A stretch of DNA of 62,392 nucleotides, filler included, from Nitrospiraceae bacterium (GCA_002726235.1; 7 parts of 7 records of this genome joined end to end with filler, not necessarily neighbours in it); one strand, 5' to 3'. Shown: positions 44,563 through 54,827, numbered from the whole stretch's first letter. Numbers and translations: made by a program. Notes: generated by a model not told the origin, from the letters alone.

Positions 44563-44806
44563 ACGGTCGAAACCTGGGAAAATTTTACAAATGATACTGC
44601 TAACTAAAATTAGACAGCGTTTTGTTTAAACTAGTGTAGTAGGTATTGCATTGATGCATTTTTAATGCATTTTGATTATATTTTAAAGTCATTAGAGTGG
44701 TTATAANNNNNNNNNNNNNNNNNNNNNNNNNNNNNNNNNNNNNNNNNNNNTTAATTAATTAANNNNNNNNNNNNNNNNNNNNNNNNNNNNNNNNNNNNNN
44801 NNNNNN

Positions 44807-46660
44807 TACACAGATGAAAATGGAATTGTTCGTAAACGCCGGGGAAGACTCCCTGGGCAGAGAGCAAAACCATGGTGGAAAAAGCCTGGTAGGAAAAAGG
44901 CCAAGGCTAACGCCTGTTCAGCCAACACCCTAGATGGCGAAGACGATGGAGATACAGATTTATTAGAACTGCTTCACGAAAAGCGTAGTCTTAAGTCACA
45001 GAATGAAAGTGCCTATCAATATAACATCCAGCTAACGTATGCAAAATGCATGCAAGCTCCTGACGCGGTAAAATGGGTAGAAGCTGATTCGGAAGAACAG
45101 CTGAAACTCGTTGCAAAAGGATGCTGGCGGGACGTTTGTGATGATGATGATTTTGACCCTTCTCGGGACGAAGTCATCCCCATCGTGACAATATACACTA
45201 GGAAGCGTGACGGTCGCTACAAATGTAGGGCTGTAGCACTGGGAAATCGTCAACGGGGCACAAGCAAGGCGGAAGTTTATTCACCAACGATAAGCCACGC
45301 TTGTAACCGTTACATTGCTACCCATGCTGCGGCGAACGGCCACCACCTTTTCCAATTTGACATCACCCTCGCGTTTATCAATTCGAAAATTGACGACGAG
45401 CGAGTGTTCTGTCGATTACCCAAGCATTGGGGGGGGGAAAAGGTACGCCTCATTAGAGCTTTGTACGGACTAAAGATCAGTCCGAGGAAATGGTTCGATA
45501 CCTATCGAGCTCTCCTGGAAAAGCAAAAATGGGAAATGTGCCCATCTGAACCGGGGTTGTTCAGAAAAGGGGACATGCTCCTAGGGGTGTATGTAGACGA
45601 CACTTTATTGTGTGGTCCGGACGCCGAGCGGTGTAAAGAGGAAATGGACAAAATTATGAAAGTTTTCTCTGGCACTGTGGTCGATCCGATCAAAATTCAC
45701 GATGATGGCACAGAAGAACGTGATTTGCTAGGAGCAACCTTGCTCTTTAACCGAGAAAAGCGTTTTATGAAGGTCCATATGGAAAATTCCATAAAGAAAG
45801 TGTTGAAGAGATTCAACATGGAAGGTTGCAAAAAGGTAGTTACGCCTTTTGCAGCATACACGGACCTCTCTGGCGGTGGCGAGAAAGAATTTCCGATGAG
45901 ACAGTTATGCGGATGTTTAAATTACATCGCAGTAATTTGTCGCCCTGACATTGCATTTGCTTGTCAGAGGGTTTCGGGATTCGCCGACAAACCGACAGGA
46001 AACGCGATAACGGCTGCGAAACGTATTCTAAAGTACCTTTCTGGCACTCTAGATTACGGAGTTTCGTATTCTGTTGATAATGAGACCGCTTTTCGTGAAA
46101 TTTACACCAAAGTGTTACAAGAAAACGACCCAGACCTCGAAGATTTCAAAGATCTACCACATAATGTTGCATTTTGCGATGCAGATTTTTGTGGGTGCCC
46201 GATCACATTGAAATCGACGTCTGGTAGTATTATGTACTACAGGGGGTGCCCGATTTTTTGGAAGTCGAAACGTCAGAGTATCCGTACTCACTCGACGTGC
46301 GAATCTGAGTACGTTAGTATGTATGATTCGATTCGGCTGATCCAAAGTCAGGGTTATCTCAGGTGGTTTCTTGACAACAAGTCCGAACTACCCTTAGTAT
46401 TCTCAGACAACCAGAGTGCGTTGGCACTTTCCAAAACATCGGTTGCAACGAAAAAGTCCAAGCACTATGCACTTCGCTACATGCTTGTTCGGGACTATTT
46501 CAAGAGTTTTGGATATGTACCGACGGACCTGAATTTGTCCGACCCTCTTACGAAGCCCTTGTCACGTCAGAAAAGCATACAGATGTTTAAACACGATGCT
46601 GGTACTCTTGACGTTGATTCTGCAAGGTGTTGCTTTGTGAACTTTCGAAACTTAGGTTAG
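44807..46660 (+). CDS. Copia pol 3' part (RT-RNase H), unit 1
   Basis: YKCRAVALG, QFDITLAF, ALYGLK, YVDD, CDADF, ESEY, SDNQSA, DPLTK; near-identical to 50382-52235. Confidence 0.95.
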   Translation, partial: YTDENGIVRKRRGRLPGQRAKPWWKKPGRKKAKANACSANTLDGEDDGDTDLLELLHEKRSLKSQNESAYQYNIQLTYAKCMQAPDAVKWVEADSEEQLKLVAKGCWRDVCDDDDFDPSRDEVIPIVTIYTRKRDGRYKCRAVALGNRQRGTSKAEVYSPTISHACNRYIATHAAANGHHLFQFDITLAFINSKIDDERVFCRLPKHWGGEKVRLIRALYGLKISPRKWFDTYRALLEKQKWEMCPSEPGLFRKGDMLLGVYVDDTLLCGPDAERCKEEMDKIMKVFSGTVVDPIKIHDDGTEERDLLGATLLFNREKRFMKVHMENSIKKVLKRFNMEGCKKVVTPFAAYTDLSGGGEKEFPMRQLCGCLNYIAVICRPDIAFACQRVSGFADKPTGNAITAAKRILKYLSGTLDYGVSYSVDNETAFREIYTKVLQENDPDLEDFKDLPHNVAFCDADFCGCPITLKSTSGSIMYYRGCPIFWKSKRQSIRTHSTCESEYVSMYDSIRLIQSQGYLRWFLDNKSELPLVFSDNQSALALSKTSVATKKSKHYALRYMLVRDYFKSFGYVPTDLNLSDPLTKPLSRQKSIQMFKHDAGTLDVDSARCCFVNFRNLG

Positions 46661-46684
46661 GTACATAAGTTTCGGGGGGGGGAA

Positions 46685-47192
46685 TGTTGGGTGTGTATAC
46701 GACAAAAGTGTATTTTGTGTGTACTAGTTCGATAAATCTGAATTCTCCATTGTAAATCTTTGAATGTCATGAATTCTCTATGGGTATCTTGGAAAGTGTG
46801 AAATGGTGTGGTTAGAACATGAGAATGTGCGAATGAATATTCGATGAATGTTTAAGCTCTGTGTTGTGTGAACTATGCAAATTCCGTGTGGTCATTGGTA
46901 AGAATGTCTTTCTGAATATCTAGAATGTGGGATTTCAATGCTGATATGAATGCTGAAATGTGAGATCATTTATGTGATAGAAATTCTAGGTAAACGTTCT
47001 ATCGGACGTGTCCTAGCAGTTTCTTGATATTTTTACGTAAATCAATTGACAAATTGATAGGATTACGTGAGTACTCTGTTACTCGCTAAAACGTACGTTG
47101 TATCTACAGATTGATATAAGTTCATTGGAAATACCAAGTGATTTCATTGAAGAAGTGATATTGGCTCTTTGTGAATGTGATTTGTGTCAACA
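46685..47192 (+). repeat. Copia LTR (508 bp) shared between tandem units
   Basis: TGTTG...CAACA termini, preceded by a G-run PPT (about 46674-46684). Confidence 0.9.
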
Positions 47193-47288
47193 TTCTCACG
47201 TAACCTTGAGTTGCCAAAATTTGATCTTCATTGCGATTTCTAAGTAATTTCAACCTAGAAATTTAGTTTCACCTCTCTACAACCAAAA

Positions 47289-48155
47289 ATGGCGAACGAT
47301 GCTGCCCCAAGCTCCAAGCATTTGCCCACGTTCACGGGAAAAACGTCGGGAATGACCATTGACGGCGTTAAGATGAACGGCGCCACGTACTCCGACTGGA
47401 GATACAAATTGCAAGGAAAAGCACGCTCCCAAGGGGAAAATATTTGGTTGTATATGACCTCCGACCCAGGCGCCCCGGAAAACCTCTCGGAAGAAGAGAA
47501 GAAGAAGTTCGATGGATTTCTCACCATTATTACCGATTCGCTCTCCGATGGCGCTTTACAGGTTGTTAAGCTGATCCGGGAGCAAAATCCCCAAAAGGTG
47601 TTGGCCGCCCTAGATGCTGCGTTCTTCAATCAGTCCGTCCTTTCCCGAGTGTCCGCGATCACCGATTTGATCAATGTTAAGCAGAAAGTCGGTGAATCCG
47701 TTGATGCCTTTGTTTCGGCGAAAAAGTCGATTTGTCGGGAACAGCTCGGATCCAAAATTTCCATCGAAGAGTTGATGATGGGGGCCGTCATTGCGGGATG
47801 TTTGGATGACTATGCGGATTTGGTGTCTACGGCGACTGCATCTAGTGATGCTGTTCAAGTCACCGAAGATGACCTCGATAACTTGTTGGACAAGTTACGG
47901 ACCAAGGAGAATCGCCTAAAGGATGCTCCGAGGAAAGAGGTGGAAATCCAAAACGCAAAGGCCTTGACGGCCGAGGCCATCCAAACCGCGATGTCAGCCG
48001 CCCTGAAGGAACACGGCGTAAAGAAGTCCAACAACAAGCCGAAGAAAACCCCGAAGAAGAAAACCCCGAAGAAGAACACTCCGAAGAAGAAAGGACCACG
48101 ATGCTACAAATGCCAAGAATATGGGCACATCCAGGCAAATTGCCCGAAGAAGTGA
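47289..48155 (+). CDS. Copia gag
   Basis: NGATYSDW, Q..GESV motif, CCHC knuckle CYKCQEYGHIQANC. Confidence 0.92.
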   Translation: MANDAAPSSKHLPTFTGKTSGMTIDGVKMNGATYSDWRYKLQGKARSQGENIWLYMTSDPGAPENLSEEEKKKFDGFLTIITDSLSDGALQVVKLIREQNPQKVLAALDAAFFNQSVLSRVSAITDLINVKQKVGESVDAFVSAKKSICREQLGSKISIEELMMGAVIAGCLDDYADLVSTATASSDAVQVTEDDLDNLLDKLRTKENRLKDAPRKEVEIQNAKALTAEAIQTAMSAALKEHGVKKSNNKPKKTPKKKTPKKNTPKKKGPRCYKCQEYGHIQANCPKK

Positions 48156-51100
48156 AAGGGGATTTTAGAAAAAAATGGGGTGAGAGATGAAACAAAGTCT
48201 CTTTTGAAAGAGGGAGACACTGAATTTTCGGGTCATGGAAACCATGATTTGAATTTTTCTCAAAATCGTAAAAATTTTGAGAGAAACTGTCTGAATTGTA
48301 ATGATGTTGACGGTATCTCTCAAGATTGTCTCGGTTTTGGGAGCAATTTTCAGAATTTTTTTCAGAATTTTGAAGATCTCGAGTGTACAGAGGTTCCTTG
48401 TGGGAATTGTTTCCTATCTGGCTCCTCTGTTCCATGTTGTTTCAAAGCATTTTCAGCGAAATTGGGTAATGAAATTATCAATTGTAGAAATTCAAATTCT
48501 AGATCCCTTATGGAAAATCAGTATGGTTATAGGGGAAAACGAAGCCTAAAGAGGCGAAAGATTGAAATTCAAGATGATTGTTGTTCGGGATTTAAAGAAG
48601 CGTTCTGCTCTTTAGGGCATATTTCAGAAATCAGCATAAAGGGCTTGAAAACATGCATAGGGAAATCGAATGATTCGCATAAAAAGTCACATATTTCTCA
48701 AGGGATAATCGATTCTGGGGCATCNCATCACATGACGGGAGATGAAAANCANATAGAGAGATTTCTTGATAAATGGATTGATTTGACTGGTGCTGGGGGT
48801 CCCTTGCGAGGGCCAGCTCGGTTTTGCGTGTTCAAATCGAATGATTTGGGACTAAAAACTGGTATATTTCATAANGATTTGAATGGTTTCTTGATTTCGG
48901 TTTTTCAATTGGTTTTGGATGGATTTGACGTTCATTTCTGTACGGATTCTAAGATTGTTCATCGTGAAAGTGGAAATGTGGTTAAATTTCTGTTCAAAGA
49001 TCGTCTACCTAGGGTAAAATGCGAATTTTATGATACGAGACTTCCTGATCTCAGTTTGGGTGCAGGTTTTGCAACCCAAGCGGCGCAAGGGAGGCGCACC
49101 AACCGAGAAAAGTACCTGGAGCATTGCCGAAATGCACATTTCTACTGTGGCGGAAAGGTAGAATGTGCTAGTTGTGACATGGCGAAAGACCATGGTGGTC
49201 TGTCTCACGCCAAAGAGCGTCCAACGTGGGCAAAGTCGACTCGTCGGCTAGAACAGGTGAACTTTGATTACAGTGGCCCCTGGCCACCCTCGGTGAATGG
49301 TAAACGTTGGCTCCTTGTTGCTGTCGATGATTTTGTCGACTGGGTGGAAGGAATTCCGGTGGAAAACCGGAATGATTGCGGTTCTGCACTAGAAAATTAT
49401 ATTTCTAGGATNGGGAAAATGGAACGTGTACGCTCCGATAATGCAAAGGAGTTTAAAGATCCCGGTAGCTCATGGGTGAAAACCTGCAAAAAGTGCAAGG
49501 TAGAAAACACCTACAGCGTGCAGTATGCACCTAGTACCAATGGGAAATGTGAAAGGTGCGTAAGGATGTTCGGAAACGCCATTAGGTCGAACATGGTGAA
49601 TGTCGATCCGCGGGTCTGGGAGTATTGTGCAGATTACGTCTCACACACTTGGAACAGGCTGAACCGCAAATCGGTAAAACATTCATCACCTTTCTACAGA
49701 ATCTACAATCGCGAACCTTCCCGAGCCTACTGGAAGAGGTTCGGTTGCCTGGCTTTTACTAAGCAGCATGTGATTCGGTCCGAAGCTGATATGACTTCTA
49801 AGTTAAAAAACCGTTACAAACCTGGAATTTTTCTAGGTTACAACAAAAATGGCACCTACAAGGTGGGCCATTTTAACAGGGATAATCGCACAGCCTCTGG
49901 CTGGCGGTGGGATATCACTGAGAATAAAACGGTAAAGTTTCGGGAAGAACACATCGTTAGTGACATAGAAAGCCTAAAGGAAGGAAAGGGTTGTTTTGTT
50001 CCTTTTGTTACGCCTGATTTGCTTCGTGATTCAATATTTGAGAACGACGATGTGGGTCTGTCGGGAAGTCGCGAGCCCGATGTAAGTGCCTCTTCGCCGA
50101 TTTGTCCAAATTTGAATTCGAACACGTCTGAAACGGCTGTAACATCTGGAAATAAGACCCTTTTGAGCGAGGAAAATGTAGATTTCGTTCCACCCGACGA
50201 CGAACGACGTAGCGATTGTGAAAAAGTTACGTCGGACGTTCGAGAAAATTCAGTTTTGGATGAAAATACTGCAGTCCCCGCCAAGGACGATGCAGATCCA
50301 GCTGAATCGCAGAACCAACCTCAGTCTCGTATTGACACCACCTGTGTAGGGGATGAGGAGCAAGCTCCTGATCCCAGGATCTACACAGATGAAAATGGAA
50401 TTGTTCGTAAACGCCGGGGAAGACTCCCTGGGCAGAGAGCAAAACCATGGTGGAAAAAGCCTGGTAGGAAAAAGGCCAAGGCTAACGCCTGTTCAGCCAA
50501 CACCCTAGATGGCGAAGACGATGGAGATACAGATTTATTAGAACTGCTTCACGAAAAGCGTAGTCTTAAGTCACAGAATGAAAGTGCCTATCAATATAAC
50601 ATCCAGCTAACGTATGCAAAATGCATGCAAGCTCCTGACGCGGTAAAATGGGTAGAAGCTGATTCGGAAGAACAGCTGAAACTCGTTGCAAAAGGATGCT
50701 GGCGGGACGTTTGTGATGATGATGATTTTGACCCTTCTCGGGACGAAGTCATCCCCATCGTGACAATATACACTAGGAAGCGTGACGGTCGCTACAAATG
50801 TAGGGCTGTAGCACTGGGAAATCGTCAACGGGGCACAAGCAAGGCGGAAGTTTATTCACCAACGATAAGCCACGCTTGTAACCGTTACATTGCTACCCAT
50901 GCTGCGGCGAACGGCCACCACCTTTTCCAATTTGACATCACCCTCGCGTTTATCAATTCGAAAATTGACGACGAGCGAGTGTTCTGTCGATTACCCAAGC
51001 ATTGGGGGGGGGAAAAGGTACGCCTCATTAGAGCTTTGTACGGACTAAAGATCAGTCCGAGGAAATGGTTCGATACCTATCGAGCTCTCCTGGAAAAGCA

Positions 51101-52235
51101 AAAATGGGAAATGTGCCCATCTGAACCGGGTTTGTTCAGAAAAGGGGACATGCTCCTAGGGGTGTATGTAGACGACACTTTATTGTGTGGTCCGGACGCC
51201 GAGCGGTGTAAAGAGGAAATGGACAAAATTATGAAAGTTTTCTCTGGCACTGTGGTCGATCCGATCAAAATTCACGATGATGGCACAGAAGAACGTGATT
51301 TGCTAGGAGCAACCTTGCTCTTTAACCGAGAAAAGCGTTTTATGAAGGTCCATATGGAAAATTCCATAAAGAAAGTGTTGAAGAGATTCAACATGGAAGG
51401 TTGCAAAAAGGTAGTTACACCTTTTGCAGCATACACGGACCTCTCTGGCGGTGGCGAGAAAGAATTTCCGATGAGACAGTTATGCGGATGTTTAAATTAC
51501 ATCGCAGTAATTTGTCGCCCTGACATTGCATTTGCTTGTCAGAGGGTTTCGGGATTCGCCGACAAACCGACAGGAAACGCGATAACGGCTGCGAAACGTA
51601 TTCTAAAGTACCTTTCTGGCACTCTAGATTACGGAGTTTCGTATTCTGTTGATAATGAGACCGCTTTTCGTGAAATTTACACCAAAGTGTTACAAGAAAA
51701 CGACCCAGACCTCGAAGATTTCAAAGATCTACCACATAATGTTGCATTTTGCGATGCGGATTTTTGTGGGTGCCCGATCACATTGAAATCGACGTCTGGT
51801 AGTATTATGTACTACAGGGGGTGCCCGATTTTTTGGAAGTCGAAACGTCAGAGTATCCGTACTCACTCGACGTGCGAATCTGAGTACGTTAGTATGTATG
51901 ATTCGATTCGGCTGATCCAAAGTCAGGGTTACCTCAGGTGGTTTCTTGACAACAAGTCCGAACTACCCTTAATATTCTCTGACAATCAGAGTGCGCTGGC
52001 ACTATCCAAAACGTCTGTTACAACGAAAAAGTCCAAGCACTATGCACTTCGCTACATGCTTGTTCGGGACTATTTCAAGAGTTTTGGATATGTACCGACG
52101 GACCTGAATTTGTCCGACCCTCTTACGAAGCCCTTGTCACGTCAGAAAAGCATACAGATGTTTAAACACGATGCTGGTACTCTTGACGTTGATTCTGCAA
52201 GGTGTTGCTTTGTGAACTTTCGAAACTTAGGTTAG
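48156..52235 (+). CDS. Copia pol (PR-IN-RT-RH), in frame behind the gag UGA
   Basis: IIDSGA protease; HCRNAH..CASC; FDYSGP / SDNAKEF / NGKCER integrase; YVDD RT; RNase H. Confidence 0.95.
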   Translation, partial: KGILEKNGVRDETKSLLKEGDTEFSGHGNHDLNFSQNRKNFERNCLNCNDVDGISQDCLGFGSNFQNFFQNFEDLECTEVPCGNCFLSGSSVPCCFKAFSAKLGNEIINCRNSNSRSLMENQYGYRGKRSLKRRKIEIQDDCCSGFKEAFCSLGHISEISIKGLKTCIGKSNDSHKKSHISQGIIDSGAXHHMTGDEXXIERFLDKWIDLTGAGGPLRGPARFCVFKSNDLGLKTGIFHXDLNGFLISVFQLVLDGFDVHFCTDSKIVHRESGNVVKFLFKDRLPRVKCEFYDTRLPDLSLGAGFATQAAQGRRTNREKYLEHCRNAHFYCGGKVECASCDMAKDHGGLSHAKERPTWAKSTRRLEQVNFDYSGPWPPSVNGKRWLLVAVDDFVDWVEGIPVENRNDCGSALENYISRXGKMERVRSDNAKEFKDPGSSWVKTCKKCKVENTYSVQYAPSTNGKCERCVRMFGNAIRSNMVNVDPRVWEYCADYVSHTWNRLNRKSVKHSSPFYRIYNREPSRAYWKRFGCLAFTKQHVIRSEADMTSKLKNRYKPGIFLGYNKNGTYKVGHFNRDNRTASGWRWDITENKTVKFREEHIVSDIESLKEGKGCFVPFVTPDLLRDSIFENDDVGLSGSREPDVSASSPICPNLNSNTSETAVTSGNKTLLSEENVDFVPPDDERRSDCEKVTSDVRENSVLDENTAVPAKDDADPAESQNQPQSRIDTTCVGDEEQAPDPRIYTDENGIVRKRRGRLPGQRAKPWWKKPGRKKAKANACSANTLDGEDDGDTDLLELLHEKRSLKSQNESAYQYNIQLTYAKCMQAPDAVKWVEADSEEQLKLVAKGCWRDVCDDDDFDPSRDEVIPIVTIYTRKRDGRYKCRAVALGNRQRGTSKAEVYSPTISHACNRYIATHAAANGHHLFQFDITLAFINSKIDDERVFCRLPKHWGGEKVRLIRALYGLKISPRKWFDTYRALLEKQKWEMCPSEPGLFRKGDMLLGVYVDDTLLCGPDAERCKEEMDKIMKVFSGTVVDPIKIHDDGTEERDLLGATLLFNREKRFMKVHMENSIKKVLKRFNMEGCKKVVTPFAAYTDLSGGGEKEFPMRQLCGCLNYIAVICRPDIAFACQRVSGFADKPTGNAITAAKRILKYLSGTLDYGVSYSVDNETAFREIYTKVLQENDPDLEDFKDLPHNVAFCDADFCGCPITLKSTSGSIMYYRGCPIFWKSKRQSIRTHSTCESEYVSMYDSIRLIQSQGYLRWFLDNKSELPLIFSDNQSALALSKTSVTTKKSKHYALRYMLVRDYFKSFGYVPTDLNLSDPLTKPLSRQKSIQMFKHDAGTLDVDSARCCFVNFRNLG

Positions 52236-52259
52236 GTACATAAGTTTCGGGGGGGGGAA

Positions 52260-52767
52260 TGTTGGGTGTGTATACGACAAAAGTGTATTTTGTGTGTACT
52301 AGTTCGATAAATCTGAATTCTCCATTGTAAATCTTTGAATGTCATGAATTCTCTATGGGTATCTTGGAAAGTGTGAAATGGTGTGGTTAGAACATGAGAA
52401 TGTGCGAATGAATATTCGATGAATGTTTAAGCTCTGTGTTGTGTGAACTATGCAAATTCCGTGTGGTCATTGGTAAGAATGTCTTTCTGAATATCTAGAA
52501 TGTGGGATTTCAATGCTGAAATGAATGCTGAAATGTGAGATCATTTATGTGATAGAAATTCTAGGTAAACGTTCTATCGGACGTGTCCTAGCAGTTTCTT
52601 GATATTTTTACGTAAATCAATTGACAAATTGATAGGATTACGTGAGTACTCTGTTACTCGCTAAAACGTACGTTGTATCTACAGATTGATATAAGTTCAT
52701 TGGAAATACCAAGTGATTTCATTGAAGAAGTGATATTGGCTCTTTGTGAATGTGATTTGTGTCAACA
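52260..52767 (+). repeat. Copia LTR, second copy
   Basis: Nearly identical to 46685-47192; period 5575 bp. Confidence 0.9.
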
Positions 52768-52863
52768 TTCTCACGTAACCTTGAGTTGCCAAAATTTGAT
52801 CTTCATTGCGATTTCTAAGTAATTTCAACCTAGAAATTTAGTTTCACCTCTCTACAACCAAAA

Positions 52864-53736
52864 ATGGCGAACGATGCTGCCCCAAGCTCCAAGCATTTGC
52901 CCACGTTCACGGGAAAAACGTCGGGAATGACCATTGACGGCGTTAAGATGAACGGCGCCACGTACTCCGACTGGAGATACAAATTGCAAGGAAAAGCACG
53001 CTCCCAAGGGGAAAATATTTGGTTGTATATGACCTCCGACCCAGGCGCCCCGGAAAACCTCTCGGAAGAAGAGAAGAAGAAGTTCGATGGATTTCTCACC
53101 ATTATTACCGATTCGCTCTCCGATGGCGCTTTACAGGTTGTTAAGCTGATCCGGGAGCAAAATCCCCAAAAGGTGTTGGCCGCCCTAGATGCTGCGTTCT
53201 TCAATCAGTCCGTCCTTTCCCGAGTGTCCGCGATCACCGATTTGATCAATGTTAAGCAGAAAGTCGGTGAATCCGTTGATGCCTTTGTTTCGGCGAAAAA
53301 GTCGATTTGTCGGGAACAGCTCGGATCCAAAATTTCCATCGAAGAGTTGATGATGGGGGCCGTCATTGCGGGATGTTTGGATGACTATGCGGATTTGGTG
53401 TCTACGGCGACTGCATCTAGTGATGCTGTTCAAGTCACCGAAGATGACCTCGATAACTTGTTGGACAAGTTACGGACCAAGGAGAATCGCCTAAAGGATG
53501 CTCCGAGGAAAGAGGTGGAAATCCAAAACGCAAAGGCCTTGACGGCCGAGGCCATCCAAACCGCGATGTCAGCCGCCCTGAAGGAACACGGCGTCAAGAA
53601 GTCCAACAACAAGCCGAAGAAAACCCCGAAGAAGAACACTCCGAAGAAGAAAGGACCACGATGCTACAACTGCAAAGAGTATGGGCACATGAAGGCAAAT
53701 TGCCCGAACAAGGGCAATTCTGGTCCGAAAAAGTGA
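52864..53736 (+). CDS. Copia gag of the next tandem unit
   Basis: Same protein as 47289-48155 except the C-terminus (CYNCKEYGHMKANC). Confidence 0.92.
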   Translation: MANDAAPSSKHLPTFTGKTSGMTIDGVKMNGATYSDWRYKLQGKARSQGENIWLYMTSDPGAPENLSEEEKKKFDGFLTIITDSLSDGALQVVKLIREQNPQKVLAALDAAFFNQSVLSRVSAITDLINVKQKVGESVDAFVSAKKSICREQLGSKISIEELMMGAVIAGCLDDYADLVSTATASSDAVQVTEDDLDNLLDKLRTKENRLKDAPRKEVEIQNAKALTAEAIQTAMSAALKEHGVKKSNNKPKKTPKKNTPKKKGPRCYNCKEYGHMKANCPNKGNSGPKK

Positions 53737-54245
53737 GGGGGGGTTTTTGAGGGGAAATATGATAAGAGAGAGGGGATTTTAGGGGAAAAAGGGGAAGGAA
53801 ATGGGGTGAGAGATGAAACAAAGTCTCTTTTGAAAGAGGGAGACACTGAATTTTCGGGTCNNNNNNNNNNNNNNNNNNNNNNNNNNNNNNNNNNNNNNNN
53901 NNNNTTAATTAATTAANNNNNNNNNNNNNNNNNNNNNNNNNNNNNNNNNNNNNNNNNNNNATAAAAGTCTGTTCTGATTGATTAGCGTTTTGACGGACGT
54001 GACTCGCCTCTACATAGGAAACCCATTTTAACCGGTATTTCCCATCGGGATGTCGCTGGAACCGTTCCAGATCTGGATTGCCCCATATTCTAACACCTGC
54101 GCCCCCCCCTGTGTCTAGCGCGTGGCGATTTCGGGCGTCAGTGATCGGATGTGAGACGGATGACGAAGTGAATAGCGGGGGTTGAAATTTGGGTTTTAGC
54201 GTTTGACTTTCCGTCCGCTGAGCACGCACTCCGTTACCAGTGGCA

Positions 54246-54827
54246 TCAATCGCCGGATGAAAAATGGCTCCGATCCTGCTTGATCGGCTGGACTCGTGTA
54301 CGGCGTTGGACCAGCGACCGCTGCTGATCACCCGGTGGTTGAGTTTGAACCGCCGGCGGTAATGTTTCGCCTTCCACACGATGATTGCCGGGGAGTTCTC
54401 GATTCGTCTCTTGGTTGTTGACATCATACGGGATCAGCGGAACCGGTTCATGCAAATGGGCCTGCCATGGATAGTCGAAGACATTGCGATAGTTATAAGG
54501 TCTCCGGTAGAACGATCCATGAAAGGCCGGATAGCGGTGCATGCTTCGTGAACTGCCCGGGTAGCACCCGTAATGCTGTAAATAACATGACTGCGGCATG
54601 GGACCGAATTTGACGTGCAGGGCGCCATGGAAGATACGGGCCCCATAAGGGAAAACGCCTCCGTAGCCTTGACCCAGTCGCAGGTGTTCGTCTGTCGTTT
54701 CCGTCCGCACGACGTCTCCCTCCACAGTGCCGTTTCCCTTGGGAATTCCAGTCCGATGGATGTCGATAGGATCTTTCACGTGATCGGCACTCGTAGCGAG
54801 CATCAAGGTCAGCAGGACAGCATACAT
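54246..54827 (-). CDS. Secreted hypothetical protein with a Tyr/His/Pro-rich motif (Planctomycete-like)
   Basis: AGGAG RBS before ATG 54827, signal peptide MYAVLLTLMLATSA, motif YPAFHGSFYRRPYNYRNVFDYPW. Confidence 0.6.
   Translation of the reverse strand: MYAVLLTLMLATSADHVKDPIDIHRTGIPKGNGTVEGDVVRTETTDEHLRLGQGYGGVFPYGARIFHGALHVKFGPMPQSCYLQHYGCYPGSSRSMHRYPAFHGSFYRRPYNYRNVFDYPWQAHLHEPVPLIPYDVNNQETNRELPGNHRVEGETLPPAVQTQPPGDQQRSLVQRRTRVQPIKQDRSHFSSGD

Noticed and set aside
44540..44580. ACCTGG triple repeat at the LINE 3' junction as a tail or TIR
   Set aside because: Too short and irregular; it only marks the switch to AT-rich flank after an apparently 3'-truncated RT.
46940..46970. Hammerhead ribozyme in the Copia LTR (CTGA...GAAA)
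   Set aside because: The CUGANGA core is not matched, and the two LTR copies differ at this position.
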